From: Lingula anatina
Lineage: Eukaryota; Animalia; Brachiopoda
Assembly (NCBI GenBank): GCA_051362555.1
Contig: CM120643.1
Span: 29,702,848-29,766,847 of the forward strand
Reading direction: 5' to 3'
Length of the DNA stretch: 64,000 bases
Part shown: one piece after another, positions 15,827 through 28,860 of the stretch
Layout of the letters: each line of letters begins with the position of its first letter
How positions within the stretch are numbered: the stretch's first letter is position 1
Program-made: the position numbers and the translations under genes
The notes under the pieces: generated by a model
What the model saw: only the letters and a program-made list of their open reading frames with translations
Told to the model about the DNA's origin: nothing
Database searches by the model: none

Positions 15827-16807
15827 GTGTAGGTAAAATAAACAAATGTATAACAAACTGGATAACAAACTTAAACTATCTCACCCGTGTGTTAACTAAT
15901 ACTGCAGTGCAGCCATCTTGCGGGTTGTTAACTGCCAGACGTACTGATATTTCTGGTTCAAGGTGAAGTAAAAATAACTACAAATGAAATAGGAGAAAAC
16001 ATTAACATAAATATAAGAAATAAGGCACCTTCATCATTAGAGGGTGGTTATTATTATTTGCTTTTCCGGGCCAAAACATTTACGTATAGTTTCTATTATA
16101 AAGCAATACATTTTTATTGCTGCCAATAATATGCAGTCGAGAGTTACTAGTACACAATAGTTGTATAAAATGTGCTATAAAAATCAGTATTTCTTACTAA
16201 GAGGAGTAAGTCGATCTCAGTATAGCCATAATTCATGTAACTGGTTACTTCAAGTAAACAAATCTGCAAAGTTATTATTTTTTTTAGTTTATCAAAGCAA
16301 AGACTGCGTTAGGGCACGCTAAATGCACCTTTTGTAGTGCGTTGTTGTAATATTTTGTCTTGTAGTGTAGTACAGCTAAGTGTATTGTATTGTACAGTGG
16401 ACTGTAGTAGTGTTGTACTGTATCTCCTGTCCCACAAACGATAGCTTGTTTGTCGTTTTGTTTTTCATCGTAAGCACGCGTACATGTACATTTGTAGATC
16501 ATGCATTTTATTTATTTGTGCATCTGTTTGTTCTTCATCATACCTGATTGAAGTCCAATTGTGCACCATCTGCAATCCCCCTCAGTTCCTGAATGTACTG
16601 TGGATAAACCGTCTCAGAAGTGTGAAGGTATCTCTGGAACACCCTGTTGCCATCCTCGGTATTGTAATATGGCACCAACGTTTTCTGAAGAAATCCGTCC
16701 CTTTCGACATAATCTTGAATGAGGCTTTTAAATACTCTACCCTGTAAGATGAAGACAGTTATGGTGGTTCATACACATACACACAAACAGTCGCACACAC
16801 ACACAAG

Positions 16808-16859
<52 letters not shown>

Positions 16860-17910
16860 GGGGGGGGGGGGGGGTTAAGGCCCAGTTCTTTTAGAAGGGG
16901 CATTTTGATCACTGTGCATGGATATGGACCGATACCAAAACAGGACGATGCTCAAAATCAATCATAACATTCAACATTTCAATCACATTTAAAGCAGTAC
17001 GACTCCGCTTTTTTAGACGTCTTATTTTAGAGGCACGTGCACACAATTAATGAGCATTAGATCTTAATAAATATAACAAAAAAAAAGTACTTTGTCCTTC
17101 ACCATCACTTTGTCATCAGGGTAAACATGAAAAGGGTTAACGAAAATCATGATTCCACGGAAAATATAATGTGTTTTTCTTAAACTCCAGTAACGCTGTT
17201 TTATCACAGCAATTAAGAGCCGTATGTAGGCCTATAGGGACCGATAGGGTAACGTTACGTTCACTTTCTCATTACAACGCTGCCAGTTTACATTATTTAT
17301 CGTAAGCTGACTTCATTTTTATTGGGAGCGAGGGTTGTGCATCAATTATACACATACGATGCTCTAAATGTCAGTCTTATCTAGCAGCACACACTACCAA
17401 TTTATCGTTGGAAATTTATGCATACAATTATCAGCAACTTAGCAAAGAAGAAAAATAAATAAATAAATAAAAATAAATGAATGAATGAATAAAATAAATA
17501 AACACAATATGCTTTGACTCTGGGGCACACTGGTGAACTGTTCTTCTGCAGAGATTTAAAACGTTTCAATGAAAAGAGATTCATATTTTTTATTGTTCAT
17601 TATATTATAATTATTATTATTTTTTTGAAATCCCTTAAGAAGGCCTAGGGGCCAAAAGCTTGGATAAGACATTACATCCTTTATTAAATAGATCTTTACA
17701 GATGCATCATTACGATGACTCATTTATTAATGATAAGAGACGAACTAGTAATTTGGCCATGATGGAACAGTTAAAAAACATGGTCCAGTGTTAATTCTGT
17801 GTACTCACCACTTGATATCCAACTTCATAGTGCGTTCCTCTTGCGTAAAGAACTGGGAGGCTTCCACCTCTCTTAAGCTTCAGACAGTCCAGTCCGCCTT
17901 TGTTGTCCAT
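10237..17910 (-). CDS. tan: Tan-like beta-alanyl-dopamine/carcinine hydrolase (peptidase C45/AAT family, Ntn-hydrolase), 9 exons, 391 aa
   Basis: Exons (minus strand): 17910-17809, 16741-16544, 15977-15885, 15422-15290, 12744-12649, 11866-11789, 11458-11296, 10830-10622, 10340-10237. All introns are GT-AG with matching phases; 1176 nt, ATG to TAA. Motifs: LPVLYARGTHYEVGYQVGRVF, YPQYIQELRGIADGA, DG|CT (Gly-Cys autocleavage site), AHSED, YPGCLPGNAFGFNVHGLVFTAN, PRRVYNRALL, FHFNVY, TLDVYVNRP. Confidence 0.9.
12408..12633 (+). mobile_element. PIF/Harbinger-like MITE, family A, copy 2 (in Tan intron 5)
   Basis: Same sequence family as 9668-9914, with TTA on both sides. It ends about 15 nt from the exon 5 donor. 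Confidence 0.8.
15759..15822. repeat. (TA)n microsatellite
   Basis: Direct reading. Similar (TA)n tracts lie at about 25738-25794, 30733-30795 and 61370-61420; (GT)n at 2715-2750; (GA)n at about 16816-16858. Confidence 0.95.
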
Positions 17911-18280
17911 GTGCAATGCTTCAGTTCAGAAATATAGACGAACTTCGATCGGCATGCTAACTAGAGACATGAAACCTCTCTTGTGCGAATGCAACAGTTG
18001 GGTTAAAATACTTGTATGCGGTAAAACACGATGTAGGCCTACATGTATTTGCCATGACCTACTTGTGACCAACTACTTTATCAGTTGCATTCCTGCTCCT
18101 AAGCGATGTCCTACTGATCACAGTGCGTTTGGCATAGTTTGAAGTCAGGTTTAGTTCGATCTTCACATGCAAGTACTACTACATGTACGCCAATCCGTAT
18201 TTAAGACGTGATGCCCTTCTTGTGCAAATGAGACAGTCGGGGGAAAATAGATCTACCTGCATGCGGTTATATGATATAAC

Positions 18281-19215
18281 CACGCTCGGCTGTCACCTTG
18301 ATTGGATAGTAAACGATTGTCGTAAAATCGCTAAATGATATTAAAACCGGGTGCATAAACTTGAAAACCACCTACAACAACCTTGGACTACCACATTAAT
18401 CCAATACAATGCAAAAATAAACTATAACAAGTGGTTAAAGCCTTCAAACCGAATGTCGTAAAGTCCCCATATACCTCCATAGAGACAATAAAATAGAATG
18501 AGCTTCTGAAACAAACCTGATCCAGTTCCAACAGAATAATCGAAATAAAATACTGCCGGGCATCGGAGCGGCCTAAAACTTGGCACGCTTACCGCTAATA
18601 CTGCAGGCTACATCATTCCGTCGCTCGTTTGTAAATTCCGTGCATGGCATACGCACAATCAAACCGTAAAAAACAAATTCTCGGGGTGTCGTTGGCCAGG
18701 TCCACTCTAACCTACCATTACGAAAAAGAAGCCATGCCATTGGACAATGCGACCTCTGCGGTTACGTCATTTCCTGAATTGGATTGTTGCGTGGACCTAG
18801 CCAACGACACCCCGAGAATTTGTTTTTTACGGTTTGATTGTGCGTATGCCATGCACGGAATTTACAAACGAGCGACGGGATGATGTAGCCTGCAGTATTA
18901 GCGGTAAGCGTGCCAAGTTTTAGGCCGCTCCGATGCCCGGCAGTATTTTATTTCGATTATTATGTTGGAACTGGATCAGGTTTGTTTCAGAAGCTCATTC
19001 TATTTTATTGTCTCTATGGAGGTATATGGGGACTTTACGACATTCGGTTTGAAGGCTTTAACCACTTGTTATAGTTTATTTTTGCATTGTATTGGATTAA
19101 TGCGGTAGTCCAAGGTTGTTGTAGGTGGTTTTCAAGTTTATGCACCCGGTTTTAATATCATTTAGCGATTTTACGACAATCGTTTACTATCCAATCAAGG
19201 TGATAGCCGAGCGTG
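18281..19215. mobile_element. Foldback-type non-autonomous DNA transposon (425-bp inverted arms, 85-bp spacer, 8-bp TSD)
   Basis: Arms 18281-18705 and 18791-19215 are near-perfect reverse complements, and the ends are CAC...GTG. GATATAAC is duplicated at 18273-18280 and 19216-19223. Confidence 0.92.
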
Positions 19216-20292
19216 GATATAACCTACCTGTGAGAAACTACTAAAGCGTCATTCACACTAGCAAGTTAACCGCAGTCCAGTTAACCCCGATAGCCTCGCG
19301 TTCCTTTCTTTACCTTCTCACTGATACGGCAGCGACAGTCTTTCAACAACCTCCGGTTAAGCATGCACACTATTGTTCTCATAAGAGAGTAATGTGAACA
19401 TCTTGGCGGGAGTGCGAGTAGCGAAAAATGTTAAGCTGCACAATTTTTTTTCTCATGTCAAGAAAATAATTCCATTAGAAGAAATGCATCAAAATTTCAG
19501 CAACGGCTTGGCAGCTCATTACTGAGTACTAGAACGACGCACGTATCACCGATTATGAAAAAAGACCTATGGGCTCCTATAAGAAATTGGCCCAATTTCT
19601 TATAGGATCCTATAGGATCGTAAAGGATCCTATAGGATTTCTCCGTTAGGGACGTCTGATACAATCAGTGTTAGTATAACCCATGGCAGATAGCATGTCG
19701 CTGGTTGACCGAGATTGGGCCACAGACTCTTCTAACTACGGCGGTCCACCAGCTACTGTCGCCGGTGGGCCTACGTTGGCCTGACCGCCGGTCCAACGTT
19801 GGCCCACCAGCGACATATATCTTGAGCGGCCTGTAGTGTTTTACATTACAATGCAATGAGTAATCTGATGTATTTGTACGCATGCGCAGGGGAGTTACTG
19901 ATAAAGTGAGTGAAGAGTCAACAGGTGTATTTTTGTGTCTCGTGTTGTTGGTCCAGAACCATGCAGTGATTATAACATTACACGGCCCAAAGTCAGCCCA
20001 CCAGCGGCAGTAACTGGTGGGCCGACGCAGCCCCACCGCTTTTCTTATGTTTTCTTTTATCATTATTATTATTCATTAATGAATTGATTTATTATTTTTT
20101 ATACTTATTATCATTATTATTACATAAAATGGGCAAAACATATTGTTATATTTCAAGACTTTTTATTCTTCCATAATCTTTTTTTCATAATATACAAACA
20201 GGGTGGCAAGTTATAAAGGACCTTCAGAGAATAAGATAAATATTTAAAAAAAGGAAATACATTGCTAAATGTACTGAATGTACTAAATCGTA

Positions 20293-20949
20293 CCCTCTAC
20301 CAGGGCGAGTGATAGATTTTTTACAGATATTCACAGATATGTCTCTAGCTAGATAGATGGTCATTTAGGGCTCAACTCACCCTGTTGAGAAATCTCAAGG
20401 CTGATTACATGGCTGGTAATTGTTTGCATAATTGCTCAGGCACTGCCACTTTGCAGGTCCAGTCTAAGTCTGCGTGACAGCAATTAATACCCCATTCCCA
20501 TAGATTCTAGATCGATATATCCTTGTGGGGAGTCTCACTAGATTACTGTCAGCTTAGCCGGTTTAAGCGTCTGTCCCGCCTACTACAAGCTGTAAGGGGG
20601 TAATTATCTTTCGTGCTCACTCGGCTGACAGCTATTTAGCGTGAAGCCCCAGGGAGTTAGGTCGATCTAAATCTTAATCACTGGATCGATCTAAATCTCT
20701 GGGAATACACCCTAAGACAGTTAATTACTCTGACTTCAATAACTTGCTCTACTGTGACAGATAAAAGAGCCTTAGACTGGTTGCGTAACGAGCAGTTATC
20801 ACATCGTTGTGAATCTCAGCTCATGCAGAGATAATTGTTTCCACATGGGATTCCTCAACAGGGTGAGTTGAGCCCTAAATGACCATCTATCTAGCTAGAG
20901 ACATATCTGTGAATATCTGTAAAAAATCTATCACTCGCCCTGATAGAGG
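20293..20949. mobile_element. Non-autonomous TIR element (about 95-bp TIRs) with a nested family-A MITE
   Basis: CCTCTAYCAGGGCGAGTGATAG...CTCACCCTGTTGAG is inverted at both ends, with TA on both flanks. Confidence 0.8.
20488..20712 (-). mobile_element. PIF/Harbinger-like MITE, family A, copy 3
   Basis: Reverse-orientation copy with a TAA duplication. Confidence 0.8.
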
Positions 20950-22178
20950 TAGAGTCAGTTTTCACTCACTATCGTTCACTTACGCTCACTTACACAAGTA
21001 ACCTTTCACTCTCTCTATCGATTCCAGATTCGAAGGTCTAAAACTTCACGTAAGTCAACCAAGTCAACCACAAGAATGAATCAACGTAACGCTGTTTTAT
21101 TCAACAACTGACCAAGATTCATTACATATACTATCTTTTATACAGCTTTCTTTTATTGCAACGATCTTATGCGGATTTTCTGCTGCAGGTCTTTGTCCAA
21201 TCAGTGCTCCAAATGTAAATTGTTTTCAATTACATAATTACGTTGTCGGGAGCGTCTCTTGATCTCCGGGCGCTCCCGACATATTCCTTCATTTTTTTCG
21301 AGAAAAAAATATAAGATTTTTACCGTTAAACTTACGTCACATTTGCAAAAAAATTATGTTTACGATAATATTAATCTGAAGTATATTAATCTTAAATTAA
21401 AACTGTAACGTTTCTTATTTAATAGTCTATATTTATTCCGGCGCTGGCGTCGTGGATTCTTCCTCCTTCTTCTTTTTCATGGGTCCTGCAGGGTCTGCTG
21501 ATGAGGGCCCAGGATGATCCGCAGATCTTTTAGGGATTATTAAGTTCCCTCAGGGAGTCCTGACGCCCTTATCCTTGCCGGGCAAGCCCAACAAGGTTTT
21601 GCCGGTTTAGTCGCCGACGGCTCGACCATGGACAGGTAGTACCGTTTTTACATGGTTAACGGTAGCAGATAACTGACCTGACTGTGCGTAATCAAAACAT
21701 AGAAAACGCACAAAACGTTTTAAAGAGGTCTTCTTCGCTGGTCTCTCACCTAGGTTCGAAGTGTCGAAGCCCCATCCAAGGTCGAAGTGTCGAAGCCTCT
21801 TCCCGGATCGTAGTGTCGAAGATCTGCACACTTAAAGAGAGCTCATCACCCAAAATCCATGCCCCCAGTGATAGTTGTGCAAAAGAACAGTACAAAGAAA
21901 TGAGTTTTCTTGTATTTCCAAAGCCATGTCAGTGTAATAGAGTCTTTACTTGCAATGAATAACACAATTGAATGTAACAACACCCATTCATATCACAAAA
22001 CGTTTAAACGACAACATATAAAATACAAAATTAACTCTATTCAATACTCCTACTGGAACATATCTGTTTGAAAGGACCAAGCATGCCAAACAGAGTGCTT
22101 TGATTTGTAGTCGAAACAGTTTTAACTGTCAAAAACGTCATATACATGTTCATGTAGATCCAAGCATAGTTAGTCTAT

Positions 22179-22391
22179 GGGCGCATTCCCATAGATTTTA
22201 GATCGATCTATCCCCGTGGGAGTCTCACTAGATTACTGTCAGAAAATCCGGCTTAAATGTCTGTCCCGCCTACTATAAGCTGTAAGGGGGTAATTACCTT
22301 TCGTGCTCACTCGGCTGACAGCTATTTAGCGTGAACCCCCAGCTAGTTCGGTCGATCTAGTTGAATCGATCCAATCTCTGGGAATGGGGTC
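22179..22391 (-). mobile_element. PIF/Harbinger-like MITE, family A, copy 4
   Basis: Reverse-orientation copy with a TAT duplication. Confidence 0.8.
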
Positions 22392-23265
22392 TATATCTTT
22401 GCCAAATATCTCCTTACCTTTATTAATAGTCCAATCTTAACTAAGGTATCCAAATTTAATTTTTCAATAACCATGTAACATGACACATGATTTCATCTCT
22501 GGACCCGCCCCCCCCCCCAGAAAAAAAGTAAATAAATAAAAATAATAATAATAACAAATAATTAAATAGAAATAAAATTAAAAACAAAATCAGTCTGAAT
22601 CCGATGATGATGATACAAATGTCTCTTGCAAAGCTTGGACTCTATCTTTTTCTGAAAAAAAAGGTAATTATGATGTGACCAAGTCTGTCAGAGTGAACAG
22701 ACGACACAGTCAACAGGTGAATCAAATATCTGGATCTATCACAAATGAAAACTTTGACTATTCTAGATCCCTCAATGTAAAGAAATTGGTTCTCACCCCA
22801 TCCTCTCCTTCTTTGATATTTGATAGAATTCTAGTAACTTGTGCCGGTTATGATTTACTGAGTAAAATAGCGCATTAATATAACACTGTATGGCTAAAAA
22901 CAATACAGAATTATTACAATTTATGTATTATGCAATGCGTATATACAATAAGTTGTACAGACTAAGTAAACACATACATTCTGTAAAACAGCACATGCAT
23001 GTAATGCCCGTTAAATCAAAATCATTCCACTGATACTCAGAGTGATAGGGAAAATGTGCCCAACTTTCTAATACTCCAGGATTCAATTATGATCTGACGC
23101 AAGGTGACATGCTCTTAACATAGGCAGGAAAGCTACCAAACCTCAACCATATGAAAACTTTGGTTAATTGTCATGAATGCGATAACTGAAGCATAATTGA
23201 CAGTGTCCCGAAAGACCATAACTTTGACAACGATGCGGACAACTTGTTCATTAAAATCAGTGGGT

Positions 23266-23477
23266 GTCATGTCAGGCTCCCAGTGTTGAGGGTGGTGGTG
23301 GTCATGTCAGGCTCCCAGTGTTGGGGGGGTGGCAGTCATGTCAGGCTCCCAGTGTTGAGGGGGTGGCAGTCATCTCAGGCTCCCAGTGTTGAGGGGGTGG
23401 CAGTCATCTCAGGCTCCCAGTGTTGAGAGTGGTGGTGGTCATGTCACGCTCCCAGTGTTGGGGGGGGGGGGGGGGGG
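23266..23477 (+). repeat. Minisatellite, about 6 copies of a 32-35 bp unit GTCATGTCAGGCTCCCAGTGTTG(G-rich)
   Basis: Direct reading of the tandem units. Confidence 0.9.
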
Positions 23478-23812
23478 TTCACGGAAGTTGGATGTTACAT
23501 AAGGCATGTCTTCTCTATGAGCTAGGGTTGAAGGTACTGTTTACCGGGTATTAAATATGCTGTTATTACAGTTCACTACAGAGCGTGTCTTTTTCTCCTT
23601 ACTCATCTATACTCAGTGCAGGAATATATAAACTTAAAATACATAAACTCATTAATAAACCCCGCACCTTGTGAGCTTCGGGCAGTTAATAATTTGAGGA
23701 AGTCAAGTTCATTGTCAGAGTCGTCAATATCAGAAAATGAGAACAGACGTCCGTAGCCCAGGTTTTGCACTGTTATGTGTACGAGAATCCGGACCTACCA
23801 GTAGAACACCTG

Positions 23813-25735
23813 TTAAGCCTCTCTTCTGGTCCTCAAATCAAGTTCGGTCCCTTGGTTCTAAACTGTTTACCAGAGGCTCTGTTCTGGTCCTACACCTGTA
23901 AATGTCCATCATGACGTGTTCAAACGTGTTCCCCAAACGTGTCCTTGGCTGACTCTCTTTTGGACCCAAAACTTTTTCTGCGGTATAGTCTTCATTTGGA
24001 AACCTGCCAGTATGACGTTCGGGGGAGGGGAGGGGATCAATTACTTGCAGTTAAGCAACTCAACTAACGGTCATTTGGTTGATTCTCGAGATCAACGGAC
24101 TAGATGGCTATTATTTCACAGCATAAATTGAAAGATATAAATTGCAGAGTTACCTTGTGTCGCAAGCATACTACTTATAATTATTTCTTTCTTTCATGCT
24201 CAATTGCTGATGTTGTATTTAACCATATAATAAATTTTGATATTTAAAGAAAATTTTTTGCAGGATTTAACAATATCACTACTTTGCACCATTGCTATTA
24301 TATGGCGCAGAGTACAGGTTCCAAACAGGTATACCTGCAAACATTAAAATTGTTTGATATTAATAAAAATATAAACAATTATGTTGATCATAATAACTAA
24401 ACCACTCTGCAGGCTAACTGTCTTCGGGTTATTGCCAAGATGTGTTTAGTTTATAACACTCTCCTCTAGTTTGGGACATTTACAGAATAATAATAATAAT
24501 AATAATATTATTATAATAATATTTATTTATAGTCTAAAATCCAACATGTGTTCAGAAGACTTTACAAAAATTATAAAATTCAAATTAAAAGAAAAATATT
24601 GCTAATGGTTATAAGATGAAAAAAAAAAAGGAAAATGATTAACTAAAACAATGACTAAGAACAGATTTTCTTAAGAAGTGTTTTTTCAAGAATTTAAAGA
24701 TAATATTGTTTAAAAAGGTGGGTTTTTAGTTCCTTTTTAGGATGTCTTAACCTCTCTCTCTCGTCATAAATCAAAGTCTCTGACATTTAACATTGGTATT
24801 TAAATTCAGGATATTTACAGAAATGTGTGAACATGATATTAATTCGAGAAAGGGTATTTTATAGTGTTTGTAAATGTTACAAAGGGAATTACCAAAAATA
24901 TATAGCTTTCCATATTGAGAAGACATGTTCCTGTACTCCCCCTCTCCAGATTTCCTGGCCCGAGGAGCAAATTAATATGTTTGTCCTAAGCTGTGAAGCT
25001 CTGAACGCACTTGATAGAAACCAGATGTGGAGATAGTGAGATTTTATTGCCGGAGCCAGACTACCGACTTTCCAATCTTACAGGTTGAAATAAATGTGGG
25101 GGGGGGGGGGGGTATATATCTTCTTAACCGACCAAGCTAGATAGTCACGAAACACGATAAAGTATATCAGTAGAAAGGCTCAACTTGACTTTTTATTTCA
25201 AATCGTTATTTCATAACATAATAGTTGCTATGCCCTTATGCTCCCCCTCCCACTTTAAAGGGTCATAAAGTGACCAATTTTTGAGATAGCGTTATGCGGG
25301 ACTTGGGTAACCTTTATATAAACGGAAAATAATATACTGTAGATTGATTCACAACTCTGCCTCCGGTCGAGTGCAAGCCCGTAAGGACCAACCAAAATTA
25401 AATGCCCGTGCCCGTGTCTGGTGCGGGTGCTCTGTTTTCGTGGTTTTCTTACATAATTGCGCGGTGCTTCGTTAATCTGGCAACAAATGTCGCTACAGAT
25501 GAGATGCAAATAAAATGGTATAATGATCGACGCGAAAATGCCTTTAGTCTGTTTTGATGCTTTCCATGTACGCACATCTAGTATAATGTATAGGATTCGA
25601 AATTATCAACATCGGATTACATAAATAACCATCCAGAGATCATGTACATTACGGCGCGTACACACAATTCGTTTGATTTGTGGTTTTAAATGAACTTAAA
25701 TAAAGATGCTGCGATAAAGACCATTCAACTGAATA

Positions 25736-25797
<62 letters not shown>

Positions 25798-27300
25798 CGA
25801 AAAAGAAATTGAGACGTCCCTGGAGTCGAGACAAAATCTATGTTAAAGAATCCCGATTCTGTAATAACAGCTAGGTTTAATTTGAATTGTGCTTTAGAAC
25901 AAGAGAGGCAGTCAATGTGAGGGTCGGTGGCACTTTTAATGGTGGGGATCAAGTATTTAAATTCACAGATTTCGGGCATGAAAGAAAATTTTGTGGTTTC
26001 CAGGGGTCAGTTTGTAAGATCAAAATTCAGGCCAGGGCGCTGTTCTGAATCTTTTCCTTGAAGTGGTAAATTGAAACGGAGATGTTAGCCTTTAATTTTG
26101 CCCAAGGGAGTACGGCGTTGTGTAACAGTAAATTGCATTGGTATGCATACTTATACTACGTAGTTATACTGGATCTGTCCTCTACCAATAGGCGATCAAA
26201 TCGCCACAATGTCTTTGGTCAGATCACTGGGTTTTCATGATATTCCCTTCACTGTACGCTCCTAAAGCAATACAATTGGGATGCTAAGTTGTCATCCTGT
26301 AGCAAAACATCACTTGAACATTATTCGAATGATATGGGATATATATCTTGTGAAGGCCTAGGTATAAATATGCAGCACATCTCTAAACCAGCCCCGTCAA
26401 TCAGACACACATTATGGTCAGTTGCGTCTTTGTTTAAATGCAGTCAAACAGGCAAATAGGCTTTAATTACGAATATATTGCGCGTTTATTAATTAACTTT
26501 GTTTATTTCAGATCCGCTGATTCGAAAATAATATATATAATCCATTTCTACTACTTGCACAAAACGCCTACATTTTGGCAGTTTTATAGTGACCATACCT
26601 AAACCCTAAATCCTGAAAATTGAAAAAAATTCTGAAAACAAAATGCGTAAAAGAATAAAGTAGCTAGACTATCCTTCATAGGGAGCTCTTTACATAAATT
26701 GCAGTATTAATATATTTATAAAACGTATTCAGTAAAAATCCATTACACTGTGCCTACATGTATATAAGGGACTAAGTTCTGATTTAAGCTCTGAATCACT
26801 ATAGTTCAAGGGAATAAACGCGTCCATATGAAAATAAGAGCTTATACTAATTTGAAACGGAATAAAGAATCATGACAGTGAGTGAGTACCCCCACCCCCA
26901 CATGCACACAATCACCCACGAATGTTACTGTCTTGAAAACAAGAAGCAGAGAACGCCAAACATTGTAGTAGTATAAGCATCCTAAAGGTAGTCACGCAGA
27001 AAAACTTTTTGTGTTCTTTAAAAAATATTAGAATATATTGTAGCAAATATAATACAATTTTAAATAATTGAAATGCATTTCTTTCTAACATTCAGTTTAC
27101 GTACGTTTTTTGGTAGCCTCTCAAAGTTTTAAACCTCAAATTTTGGAGACCATAATAGAGTCAGCCAAGGACACGTTTGGGGAACACGTTTGAACTCGTC
27201 ATGATGGACATTTACAGGTGTAGGACCAGTTCATAGCTTCTTGTAAACAGTTTAGAACCAAGTGACCGAACTTGATTTGAGGACCAGAAGAGAGGCTTAA
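23813..27300. mobile_element. About 3.5-kb non-autonomous TIR element (about 145-bp TIRs), unclassified, possibly Harbinger
   Basis: TTAAGCCTCTCTTCTGGTCCTCAAATCAAG...GGCTGACTCT (about 23813-23957) is matched in reverse at about 27157-27300. No recognisable ORF inside. Confidence 0.75.
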
Positions 27301-27734
27301 CAAACGCCTAGCGCTATCATACTCTTTGTTTATAGCATACGCTAGCAAGATTGATCCTTAATCTCATCAAACCCATTGCAGAACTTCGTTGCAAGGGTTT
27401 GAACACAATCAACTGTCTTCGGTTCTTCGTCTGACTTAGACTACACGTTGCTGCCTTAGGTTACCTGAATCTAGACTGCAGAAATGACCTCTATTAGTGA
27501 ATCGATCGAAACTTGGGGAATTTCCACTTTGTTGATAAGCAAAGTGAAACTACATTTGTTAGTTCAACTAACTCGGCGCAGTGATTTCCAGGACTATTTT
27601 TGCTCAGTATTTGCCAACAAAGGTCTACAAGGAAAACGATTTGTCGAAGAAGCAAGTAAGTAAAAACGAGCTTAATTTTATAAGAATTGATGACAGCAAA
27701 TTTAATAAGTCCTCCACGGATACGTCAATGTCCA

Positions 27735-28273
27735 CTAGTGTCAGTACAGTGGGTTAACAGCCGACACATTAAGATATCCAGTAGTGTCAGTACAGTGTGT
27801 TAACAGCAGACACATTAAGATATCCAGTAATGTCAGTACAGTGTGTTAACAGCAGACACATTAAGATATCCAGTAGTGTCAGTACAGTGTGTTAACAGCA
27901 GACACATTGAGATATCCAGTAGTGTCAGTACAGTGGGTTAACAGCAGACACATTAAGATATCCAGTAGTGTCAGTACAGTAGGTTAACAGCAGACACATT
28001 GAGATATCCAGTAGTGTCAGTACAGTGTGTTAACAGCAGACACATTAAGATATCCAGTAGTGTCAGTACAGTAGGTTAACAGCAGACACATTGAGATATC
28101 CAGTAGTGTCAGTACAGTGGGTTAACAGCAGACACATTAAGATATCCAGTAGTGTCAGTACAGTGGGTTAACAGCAGACACATTAAGATATCCAGTAGTG
28201 TCAGTACAGTGGGTTAACAGCAGACACATTAAGATATCCAGTAGTGTCAGTACAGCAGACACATTAAGATATC
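27735..28273 (+). repeat. 46-bp minisatellite, about 11.5 copies (GTAGTGTCAGTACAGTGKGTTAACAGCAGACACATTRAGATATCCA)
   Basis: Highly homogeneous tandem units with no unique spacers. Confidence 0.95.
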
Positions 28274-28321
28274 TTGTTACAAAATTAAAGAAGATTCAGT
28301 GATTTTGTAACAGACTATGAC

Positions 28322-28860
28322 CGCATTCTCAACGAATTAAGCCAGGCTTTACAAAGCCGGTGACCTAAAAATGGCGGACGTACATGAAAGAAAAACCGCC
28401 TAATCTTTTAATAGTCTCTCCGCCTCCCCACACGTCGTCCCTGCGGGGTACAGTAATTAAATCTCGGCTCCGTTCGCCATGCGGAAGCTACCTGAGAAAT
28501 ATTAAGTGCGCATGCTCATCAGTTAAACTCGTGGTGAAGAAGGCATGGCGGCTGAAGGCGATCGAAGGAAAAAGCTCTTCTGTTCTATTATCTTTGAAAA
28601 CAGAGACGAAAAAGGAATAATTTGGCCCGTAGAGCAGCAATGAATCGACTATCTACGGAGATAATATCACCAGAGATATTCACGGAAATATTAATGTTCG
28701 GAGCCGAGATTTAATTACTGTACCCCGCAGGGACGACGTGTGGGGAGGCGTGTGAGAGGCGGAGAGACTATTAAAAGATTAGGCGGTCTTTCTTTCATGT
28801 ACGTCCGCCATTTTTAGGTCACCGGCTTTGTAAAGCCTGGCTTAATTCGTTGAGAATGCG
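28322..28860. mobile_element. MITE with about 150-bp TIRs
   Basis: CGCATTCTCAACGAATTAAGCC...CTCGGCTCCG is inverted at the right end, with one short indel. Confidence 0.85.

Noticed and set aside
22620-23260. Degenerate coding-like fragments
   Set aside because: Multiple stops and no confidently recognisable domain.
27735-28273. CRISPR-like appearance of regular repeats (also 35750-35895 and 23266-23477)
   Set aside because: No unique spacers, no cas genes and a eukaryotic context.
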